64,000 bases of DNA from Felis catus. Lineage: Eukaryota. Positions within the stretch are counted from its first letter, which is position 1. Each line of letters opens with the position of its first letter. Position numbers and translations under genes: made by a program. The stretch lies in contig NC_058369.1 of NCBI RefSeq assembly GCF_018350175.1, positions 23,438,001-23,502,000 on the forward strand, read 5' to 3'. Positions 23,816 through 35,496 of the stretch are shown here, one piece after another. Under the pieces are notes generated by a model that was not told where the DNA came from, did no database searches, and was given only the letters and a program-made list of their open reading frames with translations.

Positions 23816-24949
23816 AGAGTGAATACATTTTAAAATATGAAATAAGAATGCATTAGAAGGTAAAAAGGGGAAGCATTTTATTCCCTGAAAGGTAAATGGA
23901 ACACGGCTTATTTAATGAAGTGCGTCTGCATATTCCCACGAATGGCATCCGTAAGCTCATCTGATTCCTGCCTAGGAGCAGGTCCCAGCGGGCGTTGCCC
24001 TCTCACTTTGCAGAAGAAACAGCTCAGAGAGGTGAGGTTTAGCCCAAAATCTAGAATGAGGACTCCAGCCATTTAATGCAAAATGCTGCTGGGCAAGCAG
24101 GGGCAGTTGTGAAATTCACTCTGGACTTCAAGGGGGCTGGGGGCTGAGGCACTCAGCACATGGTTGAGACTGCATCCCCTGGAGGCTGAAGTACCTTTTC
24201 TTAGCATAGAGTCTCTTCAGATGCCAAGTCATGTGTTCAAAGTGCCATATCCACCCAGAGGGGGCGCCTTTTGCTAATCCAAACAAAGGGACACTACAGG
24301 CCGGCTGGGCCCTCAGCCAGGCTGTACCCTGAGCTTCATTTCTATGGTTCCTCTTGGGGAAGGAAGGGGATTTGCTTTTTCTTTTTTAAAATTATTATAG
24401 CACTGCAACTTTCTTTCCCATTTTCCTTTTTCCTTCTTTTATCCGTCAATATACAGAACCCTGGTACAGGTTGTGTGTGTGTGTGTGTCTGTGTGTGTGT
24501 AATTTTTACATCCTGTCTTTAAATATTTTTATTAGGTTTTATCTAATATGAAATGCTTTTCCTATCAATTAGATAGGGGATTTAAAAGATTTGTTTTTTC
24601 ATCCACATGGTTCTTCATTATTTACAATTCTCTGTGACTCGAGTTTGTTTGAAAACTTGAGTATCTCACTTCTCAGACCAACATCCAAGTTGCTTCTATA
24701 AATAAAAAGCCTGAAGTCACTTAACCTAATTTCAAAGACTCCCCTACATGAAATTAAATGGAATAGTCTGGAGTTTTCTGGTATTAATCTATGATTGTAT
24801 TTTAAATAGTAGTATTATGTTGCCATCTTATTTTATTATAATTTTTTTTAAATGTTCTGGGATCACTTTTGAAATGAGCAAGGTTATAATAATAAATGAT
24901 AACTCTTAATGTTAAGGCTTCTCTAATTTCTGCTTATTTTTATGAACAC

Positions 24950-25110
24950 TCAGAACAATATTGTTTGGTTTTCTAACCTTATCATTTTGGACCAGCTGAA
25001 GCCACAATAAGCTATTTGCAATCCTGGGCGATGAGGCCATCCATCCCAGAGCCTGGCGGGTCTTGACTTGGCTACGAATGGGGTCATTCTGCACTGGGCT
25101 TTGCTATTGA
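24950..25110 (-). pseudogene. Possible relic exon
   Basis: IANSLLWLQL versus GREB1 EAFNLLVLQV, in the expected colinear position. Confidence 0.35.
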
Positions 25111-25739
25111 TGAAGGATGTGGATGTGAGTCAGACTTCTCTTAGAAAAGACATGAAGTGGAGTCCCAGCTCTGAAAATGTAGTTCCTTCTTCAAGGAGCT
25201 GAGAGTTCGGCAGGGGCACTCAAGTTGCATCTGAGCTCATTTCACAGAAAGTTTCTGCTATTTGTGGGATTGTGAACAGGGGCTAGGCCGAGTCTTACCC
25301 ACCATTGTATTCTCCAGTCTTCTGGGCACTGAGTTTTGCAATAGGAAGAACTCAATCCATGTTTTCTGAATTGAGCTGAAATAGCTACTCACCTCCAGTA
25401 GAGAAGTATCACTGTGGAAATAAAGAAGGAATGAAGCATTGCTTTTATGGGAAGATATTCTGTGTCCACATACTCATTCATTCCTTTCTTGCATTGTATT
25501 TATAATATTTTAAGCCAATGATGTAGGAAGACCTGGAGGAGATAGTACATGAGCAAGGACTCCAAATAAATAAGAATTGGGTGCAGAAGGAAGAAAGGTA
25601 GGAGGAACAACATTCTCAAAAGAGCAGAGGTCAGCCTTTTAAGGTTAGGCCCGAGGAGCTGTGACAGGTGTCCTCTGGCTGAAGCTTAGGCATCATGGAA
25701 GGAAGCACTTTAACAAAGTCTGGAAAAGGAGCCTGAACA

Positions 25740-26090
25740 CAGTCATGGTGTTCTTGTTCACAGTCCTGCCCCCAGGGAACTGGTGATGAATGAGTCAGGC
25801 AGTCTTGGGTGCCATTGGCAGCTCTAGGTGCATAACTTCACTCTTCTCTTTGTGGATTTGTAAAATACAGTGCTGATAACGGCATTGTGCAGATGAAAGG
25901 TGGCTGCCATAGACAGTGACCAGCATAGAATAGACACTCCATAAAGGTAGGTTTCCCTTTGTCTCTATTCCTAAGCAACTCTGATCAATACAGTTATCTT
26001 CTGACAAAGTATAAGTTAAAGGCCATATCTTAGGTATACATACAAGTAGCAAGGTATCGGATTTAATTTTTAAAAACCACACCATTCAGT
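25740..26090 (-). pseudogene. Relic exon
   Basis: ORF 25795-26085 reads DTLLLVCIPK...CLGIE...KTA*LIHHQ, resembling the GREB1 LLIPP...DLGLE...YTLFVLIHD segment. Confidence 0.5.
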
Positions 26091-26684
26091 TGGTCATTTC
26101 CAGAGCAATCTGCTTATTTGTTGACTGATACTATCCTTTTCCTAGCAAATTCCTGGCCTTCCTGGTGTTTGTCCTACACTTACGTCCACTGAAATCTGTC
26201 ATTCTGATCCCCCTGTGCCCACCCATCCCAATGCCCTCCACGTGGCCTCCCTCAACATGTAGAAACTTTCACGTACGTCTGAGATACATCTTAAATTGGC
26301 CATTTGTGCCTTCAGATTGAAAAACTAAAGGTCAGTTGCAAGTACTACTTCTATGAAAATGTAAAGGGCAGTTGTTTTTCACATGCACTTGGAAGTAAGA
26401 GCAAAAGCCAAGGAGAAATGGTCATGTTATACAGATGCATTTAAAAATATATTTTAATATTCTCATTGTCTTTTTCAGAAAGCTCATACTTTCTCTAAGA
26501 AATGAAACTCAGGCCCAATACAAAGTTTTATCCACAGTGACTGGTGTCATATTCATATTTATGTTTCCCTATATTTGATTTATCATTCAGCGGAAGTCAC
26601 TTATTGGTCACATGACGATGAGGCAAATGCAAAATATTTTATGAATATTTTAACCATTTATTTCATCTTAAACAACAGCTGTGA

Positions 26685-26998
26685 TCATTGGTACTGTCAC
26701 CAATATTTTGATTCTTCTCTTTCTAGACATATGGCAAGACTAAGCCTCCCTACCTCTTGGAGGTTAGGAGGGCCAAAGGACTGGCTTTGGCCAATGAAAT
26801 AGGAGTGTGTCACTACCAGCTGGAAGCCTTTAAGAGCCGCAGAGTAACTTGCTATTTTCCCTTTCCTTGACGGGGTGACTGGTGATGCCCCAGATGGTGG
26901 AGGCTCTAATATCCCACACCACCCACATGGACTAGAATCACCAATCCTACTAAGTAGGACACACGGCACAAATGAGAAGTAGCCCGTTGTTGTTGCTT
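26685..26998 (+). mobile_element. MaLR LTR fragment (MLT1-like)
   Basis: tggctttggccaatgaaat…gtgtgtcact…gaagcctttaagagcc. Confidence 0.6.
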
Positions 26999-26999
26999 A

Positions 27000-27335
27000 A
27001 CTTTTTACTGTGAGATAATTGCATATTCACCTGCAGTTATAAGAAATAATACAAAGAGATCCCCTACAGCTTCTGTCCAGTTTCCCCACTGGTAACATCT
27101 TACACAACTCAATACCTCAAGCAGGAAATTGATAAAATATACTGATGTGATTCAGATTTCACCAGTTTTACATGCACTCATTTAAATGTGTGAGCTTGTG
27201 TGTATTTAGTTCTATGGTACTTATCACATGTGTGTGGCCACCGCCACAGTCAAGATAGAGAACAGTTCCATTACCCTTTTATAGCCTTTTATAGCCACAG
27301 ACAGCTCCCTCCCTTCTTCCCTCTCCCTGACTCCT
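27000..27335 (-). mobile_element. Old L1 3' end fragment (L1MC-type)
   Basis: gagataattg…gttataagaaataatacaaagagatccc…cagtttcccc…ccacagtcaagatagagaacagttcc. Confidence 0.65.
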
Positions 27336-27549
27336 ACCAGAATTGCCTTATGGCCAATTAGTTATGCAGTGAAAATGGTTGTGGGAAAAATGCTTGCAGC
27401 AAAGATGCTTTCAGCTAAACTACCTAGAACCCCTCAGGCCATGTATAGTCTTGTGGGGGAGATGTGCAACTAAGTATGCTATGGGGAGTATAGCAAAGCA
27501 CTTCCAGAATAAAAGGAAAGAAAGTTAAATTGTGAGTTCAGGGTTTACA

Positions 27550-27754
27550 ATAAAATGTTTGGTGCATGTGGGTGGACATGGGTATTTATTCTCTATATGT
27601 ATAAATCAGTATCTATGTTCATTGGGTTTTGGAACATGGAAGTACCTGAGGAATTCAAGCATCAGGTGACTCAACTAATGGGCAGCTGAATAGGGGTTGT
27701 AAAGACTAGAATGGAAGCAGAGGCAAGTTCAGTGATGTGTCAGACTGAAAAAGT
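27550..27754 (-). pseudogene. Relic exon
   Basis: Strong acceptor ttttgcgttgtttctcAG after a 102-bp intron, phase-compatible with the upstream exon. Homology weak and 3' end uncertain. Confidence 0.4.
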
Positions 27755-27856
27755 CTGAGAAACAACGCAAAAGAGTCTTCAAAGAAAGGACTCAGGCCCC
27801 ACCCAATCCTTCTTTGATGTTCTGCCAGCTTCCTTCAGAGTCCCACACTCATTCAC

Positions 27857-28455
27857 CTTGACCTGGACCTCTGGCTTTCACCAGTATGAGGAGAATACTT
27901 TGATCTTCTTAAAAACAGGGTCTTGGAAAGGTGATGAGGTTCCAAGGGGTTCTTGGCAGGCAGTCCTTGCAGGCTGCCAACCTCAAAGGAAATTTGGGGT
28001 CCTGCTGCTATTGGCTCCAGCAATGGCACCTCAGTGAGGTCTGGAAGCCTGTGCATTATTCTTAAAATACTGAATCAAGGGGGGTATTGGATCTCAGGAT
28101 GGAAAGTCGGGTTCCCATTGGAAACTCTGATGTCACAGTCAAATTTGCTACTGTTCACAGTTGGGTTCCCCATTTGACAGCTGAGGTTTGAAACAGAATC
28201 CTCTTTGAAATCAGAAAAAAAAGGAACACATTGGGTTGAATTTCAGGAAATGCCCTAATGGTGAAATCTGGGAAATGGCAAACGTGCATGACAAGGGAAG
28301 TGGTAAGAGTCCCAAAGCTTGAGTCATTCCAAACCATGTTGGAGACATCACTGGAAAAAGTCGGGAGAAAAGGGGCCTTCCTTAGTGGAAAGTCCATGAA
28401 GTCTCCCCAGTGTTATAGTGGCACATTTCTCAGAGCATGTGACAAGGACTGACTT
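27857..28455 (-). pseudogene. Relic exon
   Basis: KAPFLPTFSSDVSNMVWNDSSF...TQL*TVANLTVTS versus GREB1 QVPLMEDLEQIFLRSWRESHL...AQLPWLASLAASS. Donor caag|GTgaat. Confidence 0.6.
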
Positions 28456-28797
28456 CTAGATAGCCTCGCTTTCCTCTGTATCACACGCTATCTACCAATA
28501 GCACAAAGCACTGCACAAACTTTCCACGTTGCTCATGTCTCAGACATGGTTCTTCCTTCAAGTCATGAGCAAAATAATAAGTGCTAGGTAATTACAGATC
28601 AATTTTATAAGGCCAGAAACCTACATTATCTCATTTGAACCCCAGTGTGCTCTGCATTCTCCTTGTGTAGGTCAGATTACCGAGATTTAATGAGGTTGTG
28701 ACTAGCCTAGTCTCCTGACTCCAGGTCAACTCTTGTGGTTATTTCTGTTCCCCAGCTCTGCCTTTCAAGAGAATTAAGTGGAGAAAATCACACTCCA

Positions 28798-28801
<4 letters not shown>

Positions 28802-28836
<35 letters not shown>
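28802..28836. repeat. (GT)n microsatellite
   Basis: About 17 GT units. Confidence 0.95.
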
Positions 28837-28838
<2 letters not shown>

Positions 28839-29834
28839 TTAACTTCTGGAAGTTCATTAAATTATTAAAGGTAAATCTCCAGTTTACTAGAAAATAAAGA
28901 TACATCAAACCAAACTCTACCAACTACCCAACTAAAATTATCTTTGCCTTAAAACACAGCCTTCCTTCCTTGCTCTGGATTTCATGTAAGATGTGGTCCT
29001 GGTTTGCTCCAAAGCTAACATCCCTCCTGACACCATAATGCCTTTCCTGCTTCTCCTTAAATCATCAAGAGCCTGTTTCCTCTTACGCATCTTCCTCTTT
29101 TCTCCAGTGGACATTTCCTACAAACGGTTCCAATAATTGCCATTCAAAACTCACTCCTGCCTTGCTCTAGATTGGTTTTAACCTCTCTCAGGCTCTCACG
29201 TTCCTTTCACTTCTGAACTTCTTTGTAAATGAGGCACACAGCATGCCCCTCCTTTGTGGTTTCCATAATGCCTTACAAACTAGCTTCCTCCTTGCACTCG
29301 CCTGAGATGCTCAAGGAAGCCATCACAAGCTAACAGCCTCACCTCTCTCTGCAGAGCAGACCACCACAGCCCTTTTGAAAACCCACCTCATTCTATTTCT
29401 GGTACATGGTATCCGTCTAGTTCCTTCTCTAGTCCCCATGAACTTTCTTGCTCTTAAGACCCTTACACGGACATCTCAAGCTGGACTTTACATCTACATA
29501 TAAGATCTTCTAATCTAAGTCACCTATCCTAAAAATTCTACTGAAATTTAGACCTTTGCATTTGAAATTCCCCTGGGAAAGACCAACCTAAAGGACTTAC
29601 CAGCCAGTTTTGATTCACTATACCCCAAACTGAGATCCTTTTCCACGAATTTTCCATTACATTGGTAATGCCATCCTAAACTCATTTCCCAGGCTTGAAT
29701 CCTTGAGGCAGTATTGAATCCTCCTTTCTCACTTCTCACACCCCCATAGGCTGTTACCTTCCCTATTGTGCCTCTGAAAGGCACATTCCTTTCTTTTGTT
29801 TTCCACTGTCCTTGTCCAGAGCCTCTCATTTCAC

Positions 29835-30071
29835 CCTAAGCTCTTATAACAGCATCTTGATTGCTGGCAATGATAGCAAGAGCTGCCGGACTGAGATGCT
29901 GTGCTGAGCAGCCTGTGTACACCCACAACCCTCTGAAATCTTCACAATGAGGAGACTGAAGGCCACCCCATATACACCGGAAGAGCCATGATTCACATTC
30001 TCTTCAGTGTCAATGCCTGAGCCTATATTCCCAATGCATATTGATTCCCAAAACAAAGAACAGAGTCCCAA
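29835..30071 (-). pseudogene. Relic exon
   Basis: ORF 29844-30071 reads GCTQAAQHSISVRQLLLSLPAIKML versus GREB1 GASAIQPISEEMQLLLTVYYLVQL. Flanked by L2 fragments. Confidence 0.55.
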
Positions 30072-30529
30072 GTCTTTTTGCCTGATAGAAGTCTACAGAA
30101 CATGGTCTTTCCCCACCTTTTCAACTTTGTTTTCCAGTGTATCCCTTCCTTCCACTATAGGCTACTGCTTGTACAAGAGATAATCTCTTTATCTAATCTG
30201 CTTTCTTCCCCCTCACATCAACTTCTGAAATCCATCTCAAAATACCTTCCTAAGAAGACTTCACAGGTATCAACCATGTAGTTTGTCTCAGCACTGGAAT
30301 AATGATTTACCCACCTCATAATAGTCGAATGTACATGTGTCCATTTCTCCTACTAACATCTCAAAAAACAGGGGCTGTGCTTTACCCCTCTCTTTTATAT
30401 TCCTTACCCTTTTCCTCCCCAACACCAGTGCCTAGTGAAGTGCCTGCCATGTGATAAGTCATCAATGTGTCTTGGCAGAATTGAATAGCAGGCTCATGTG
30501 TGATTGGAGTTTGGATCATTAATGATGGT

Positions 30530-30740
30530 GTCAAGTGGGGAGTCAGATGGTCATTGTGGTCATTCTGTTCCTGAAGTATACACAGATCCCAAAAGGTCTT
30601 TGGGCTTAATCACCCATAGAACACAGTCGGTGCTGGGGTGGAGGCTCTCGTCCAACTTCTAATTGGAGTCCAGCGTTCAACTTCCATAAAGCATTCTATT
30701 CAATAACAGGTATTAATTTCCTCAGAAATAATTCTGTTAT
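30530..30740 (-). pseudogene. Relic exon
   Basis: TPAPTVFYG*LSPKTFWDLCILQEQNDHNDHLTPHL versus GREB1 KAKPVIFKGHGNFPYLCGNLNDVVVSPLL. Boundaries approximate. Confidence 0.55.
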
Positions 30741-31181
30741 TCAGCTCCAGCACCAACCAAACTTGATTAACCAGTGGCAATAATAACAATGATAAAAACT
30801 AACATTTACCAAACTTTACATTTATCATCTCCATTTGATCTTCAGAACTCTCTGGTGGAGTAGATACTACTATTCTTCCTTATTCTGCTGGATGGGAATA
30901 TTGAGGTTCAGAGGATAAGTAACTTCCCAGGATCACTCAGCTAGTAAGTGGTGAAGCCAGATGCAATCTGACGCCCACACTCTTAACCAATGAACCGCAC
31001 CATCTCTCTAGAGGCCTGAAGTTAATAAATGTTAGTTTCTTCTCCTCCCCACACAACCAGCAGAGTTAAGACATAGCAGCCTTGGCTCAGCACAGCTGAT
31101 AGTTACCCCCCGCTTTGTCCTTCCGTGATTGTGCACGGCCAGTTTTACAACCAGGCTGCTCGTGTGAAGATGTCCACTCAC

Positions 31182-31884
31182 ATCCTGCTCATCGTTAACC
31201 CCCTCATTAAGCTCCTCAGGAGGAGGAAGCAGCGGGAAGGGCCGTGGCTCTGAGCAGGTTGGGCTGCATCAGAGATGGGATGTGAAATCTTGGCACACCA
31301 CTGGCCATGAGTCATTGGAAGCCCAAGCTGTGTACCAGAGAGGACGGCAGGAAGCCACAGGCCATGGTTTTGCTCTTGCGGCAACAATCTTTCGAGAGGC
31401 TGCATGACTGTGGTGGTTCAGCTGTTCCCCAATGGCTGCCTCTCTGTCAGTGCTGGGCTGTGTTTGTCTTGGCCAGTCGGCACGTGGAACCCTTCCTGGC
31501 TCAGTCAGTGCTACCGAGGGAGACGCATCCATTTCCTGAGTCTCCACTGCCTCTTCTGGCTACTACAGCCATTTTGTACGGCTCCTTCCTGCTGTTTGAA
31601 GACATGTTTATGGGCAGTTGGGACATAGGGACTCTTCACCTTGGCAACAGCTTCTCACCGAGCCAACAAATGGTCTTTGAAGTGGTCTTGGTTCCCGAGC
31701 GAACAGAACATTTATCCTCCAGCAACAAATACCCTTTGTTTGGCTCCTAGGTTCAACATATCTTGGTATAAAATGGTACCTTCACATCGTCCCACCCGAG
31801 TCTTCCATAATTCCTTTCTTAATTCATTCGTGTTGGACTCGGTGCATAGGTCACATTAACCTTATGAAAAATGCTATACCTGTC
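31182..31884 (-). pseudogene. Relic exon (end of GREB1 N-terminal domain plus low-complexity linker)
   Basis: T-rich acceptor and donor GTgagt. One frame reads HKVNVTYAPSPTR...KGYLLLEDK...KTICWLGEK, versus GREB1 NHINLKLTTQPKK...KYYLVRN...PLICWKGSE. Several stops. Confidence 0.7.
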
Positions 31885-33032
31885 CTTATTTAAAAAAAGA
31901 AAAAAGGTTTAATCAATTTATTTAGCTGTTTGTATGTACATTGCACTGCTTGGTCCCACAAGAGAGTGAAGCACAGTCCTGGCCATCAAGAACCTAGAGG
32001 AGACCTGAATAAATGTGTGAAAATGTGGCTAGTATTGCATTATGGTAGGAGCAAAAGAGAAGCTTGGTGTGAACACAAGCCCACGTGTAATTCCTGCCTC
32101 TACTATGGAAGGACTAGACAAGTCTCATTACCCTCATCCATGAAATGGCCAAACATGCACCTCTCTCACAGAGTTTCTTGTGAAGATTAAAGGAGGCAGT
32201 ATCACATCAAGCCCTTGGCAGAGTCTCTCACACTCAATGAACACCTCCATAACTGGAAGCAATGGTTATTTCTCATATTTAGGATGTGGGAGCATGTACA
32301 GGGCATTTGCTGAACCTATAAACACTTCTTCCAAAATTTAGCTGGAGAAAATCAAGGTAGAAAACTCCTTCAGGCATCCACCCAAAGCACTGGCATATAC
32401 TCAGAACTGAGGCACATTCTTTTCTGAGATATCCATAGGGGTTACAAAGCTTGAATCATTGACTTCTTTGTACAACATGGTCTCAACTTACTCCTTTGGG
32501 GTCAAAGACAAATGACAGAAAGCTTCTACCTAATCTAGCTTCCAAACCTCCCATCTGCCTCCAATCAGGCAAGTGGTCAGCCTCTCCACACTGAGAGCAC
32601 ATCAAGGCAGGGTCCCGGGCTTTCCCCTCACAGGCCAACCTGAAATTACATCATAGCTGGACATGGCCACCCCACGGAGGTTCCAAATGTGATGCTGCTT
32701 CAAAGCATTTAGTCCTTGCAGACCATGAGATTTGTATTTTAATATATCACTCAGAATTCTTATTTTCCCTCTACCCCTACCCAGAAACTCACATTTGCCT
32801 CTCATATTGCCTACACACTTTGAAAACACCAAATGAAAACCACACTGGCTCAGATGCTCTGAGAGGAGGCTTACACTCTGGCCAGGCCAAGTCGAACACT
32901 GAGCCACAGGTACTGACTTCTGAACTTGCCCTAATGTGTCTGTTTGGTGCCCTATATATTTTTTTCCTAAGGCTAAGATCTGTTCTCATTTTCCCTAGAT
33001 CTTTTTATGCATCCTTAATAAAAGCAAGTCGA

Positions 33033-33258
33033 GGGGCGCCTGGGTGGCTCAGTCGGTTGAGCGTCCGACTTCAGCTCAGGTCACAATCTCGCGGTCCATG
33101 AGTTCGAGCCCCGTGTCAGGCTCTGGGCTGATAGCTCAGAGCCTGGAGCCTGCTTCCGATTCTGTGTCTCCCTCTCTCTCTGCCCCTCTCCCGTTCATGC
33201 TCTGTCTCTCTCTGTCTCGAAAATAAATAAATGTTAAAAAAAAAATTAAAAAAAAAAA
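33033..33258 (+). mobile_element. Can-SINE (SINEC_Fc-like, young)
   Basis: CpG-rich copy with TSD AAAAGCAAGTC. Confidence 0.96.
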
Positions 33259-33407
33259 AGCAAGTCAATGTGGTCTAAATACTTGAATTTGTAGCAGCGG
33301 TGAGCTTATCTATTTGAAATCTGTGGGTGAGATTTTTTCCTTAGAGAACATGGCAAAAGACAAGGCCCTCAAGTCATGAGAAATACATAAAGGCTTTTTT
33401 TTTAACT

Positions 33408-33693
33408 TCAAATGCTGATCTCAGAGAGCATGTATCTTCATTCTTCAAGGTCATAACCTGGTCTTGATGTTTTCTGCTTTGTCCAACATTTTTAGGCTCT
33501 TCTTCCATGGCCATCAGTGTACACAGTATGGATTTGACTTTCCTTTGAATACCGTGCCATTAATAAGGTCCAAGATCAATGTAAAATATACATTGAATAT
33601 CTAGGTACATTTTTCAGGCAGTATTATCATTCTCGTTTATGGAACACAATGTTTGGTGTACTTGGAAGAGGTTAGCTTGTTCAGAATATGTAC
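33408..33693 (-). pseudogene. Relic exon (N-terminal region)
   Basis: Acceptor cttcctcaatAG, then about 95 codons with only 2 stops (GTYSEQANLFQVHQTLC...KSILCTLMAMEEEP...). Homology is weak and the 3' end is uncertain. Confidence 0.45.
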
Positions 33694-33974
33694 CTATTGA
33701 GGAAGCTGAATATCTCTTTCTTGATTCTTTCTTTCCCTCCATCCATTCGTTCCTTCAGCCATACATCCATTTCTCCATCCAATACATTAAACACATCTCT
33801 GTGAAGCATCTGGTGTGGGCCAAGAGTTAAGTATTAAAGACACAAAACACAATAACACACAACCAGAGTTTTAATGTATCAGGGGAGAAAAAGATGCAAA
33901 GTTAAACTGGGAAAATGATGTAACCCAAAATGTTAGTAAAGTTTACTGAGAGAGTCAGTATGGACAGATGGGGA

Positions 33975-34210
33975 AGAACTTTGTCATAGAGTCATACAGA
34001 TATGGACTTGATGCTAGCTCTGCCACTAACTAGCTGTGACCTCTGGCAAGTTCTTTAACTCTGGTGAGACTTGGTTTCCTCATCTGAAGATGAGATAATA
34101 GTGGTCTCTACTTCATGGAATTAGAGTGAGAATTCATGAATGAAATGAGATAAACATGGAAAGCATGCAGCATGGTGCTCAACACTTAGTTGGTATTCCA
34201 CTTTTCTATT
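33975..34210 (+). mobile_element. MIR
   Basis: agctctgccactaactagctgtgacctctggcaagtt…tttcctcatctg. Confidence 0.8.
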
Positions 34211-35096
34211 ATTAGAATTAGTGATAGTGCCTAGGAAAACCTTACAGAGGAGTTAAAAATTGGCCTTGGTCTTGAATCATAAGAAGGGCTTTGCTAGGTA
34301 GAAAAGGGGGGAAGAACATTGCAAGTGGAAGGAATAGCATAAAAAGCCCAGAGTTATGGATGTGTGTGACATGCTAGGAGACAGAAGATGGCCAGTGTGG
34401 TCAGATGTGAGTTAAGGGTTGAGACTGGATGAACAGGGTAGACTGGTTGGAAAATTTGTATTCCACCATAAACTTCAGGCTGTATACAGTAAACAGTGAA
34501 AGGCAGCATGGTAGTACTCCAGAAACAAGGAGTTTGCATTTTGAAAGGAGGGAGAGAGAATAAGAAGCCATTTCTTAGTTGCCAGTTAAACTTCTAAGCT
34601 CCTAAACTTTAAGCCTACTTTCTTGTCCACCCTCAAAACGTGAGTGATTCTCAGACACTTCCCAATGTAGAACAATGTATTTGGCAAGAGATACAGTAGA
34701 CCCCCCTCCTCTCTTCTTCCTTCCTCTGCCACTGTGGACACAAGCATGGTCTTCTCTGGCAGAAATAGTGAGAAGGGCTTAGGATTGTCAGTTCTGGAGT
34801 TTATTGAACCATCATGGGTGAGGCTAATGGGATGATGGTTGATCAAGACGGTCAAGTTACTTCCAGTTCTCAGTCATTCCAAAATTTTAAGGATTTATCA
34901 ACCACTTAAGTTCAAGTTGTGGGCCCAAGTCACACACAATTGGCAAGGAGCAGAGCCAGGATTTGAACCTCAGTATCTAGTTCTAGACTTTGTTCTTAGT
35001 CTTTTATGTTTTGTGGGTTTGGTTTTTTGTTTGTTTGTTTGTTTGTTTTGGGGGGGTGGGTTATACCTTATTCTGTTGCTATGCTATTATGCTCAC

Positions 35097-35368
35097 TATC
35101 TTGCCCAGGACAATGATGACATTCCCTGCTTGTTGTCATCTGTATCATAAGGACCACAGTCGTTCTCAAGTTCAGACACAGAATTCAATTTGGGAGCAAG
35201 TGGCTTTTGTGGTCTGTTTAAAATTCTAGAACACAAAGTCCTCAGCTTCTCTTCAGGGCGACAGCTTGCTTTGGAAGGCATCATGGGTCTGAGCCCCATT
35301 CAGTGGATGCAGAGTGTTTATAACAACTTTTTCTCTGCACTGTGGGCTGGCCTCTAGGCAGGAGGCCC
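35097..35368 (-). pseudogene. Relic first coding exon (ATG at 35299)
   Basis: Acceptor tttcctctccAG and donor GTgagc. MGLRPMMPSKASCRPEEKLRTLCSRILN resembles the GREB1 start MGNSYAGQLKTTRFEEVLHNSIEASLR. Confidence 0.65.
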
Positions 35369-35458
35369 CTGGAGAGGAAATTCAGTAGCTTCATTGCTTC
35401 TCTTGCCACACTCAGGGTGGCCAGATTCCATTATTTTGCAGCACAGGTGAGGATGAGG

Positions 35459-35461
<3 letters not shown>

Positions 35462-35492
<31 letters not shown>
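35462..35492. repeat. (GA)n microsatellite
   Basis: About 15 units. Confidence 0.95.

Positions 35493-35496
<4 letters not shown>

Larger units (their letters stand above)
4580..35368 (-). pseudogene. Unprocessed (intron-containing) pseudogene of a divergent GREB1-family gene, distinct from GREB1 and GREB1L
   Basis: About 20 minus-strand exon-like blocks, many flanked by polypyrimidine-AG and GT(R)AG sites. Their translations match GREB1 motifs in colinear order across the whole protein, and most contain in-frame stops or frameshifts. The comparison was made by eye from remembered GREB1 sequence. Confidence 0.8.

Noticed and set aside
4580..35368. Calling the locus GREB1 or GREB1L itself, or an intact CDS
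   Set aside because: Those genes are highly conserved in mammals. Here only scattered motifs match and most exons carry stops or frameshifts.
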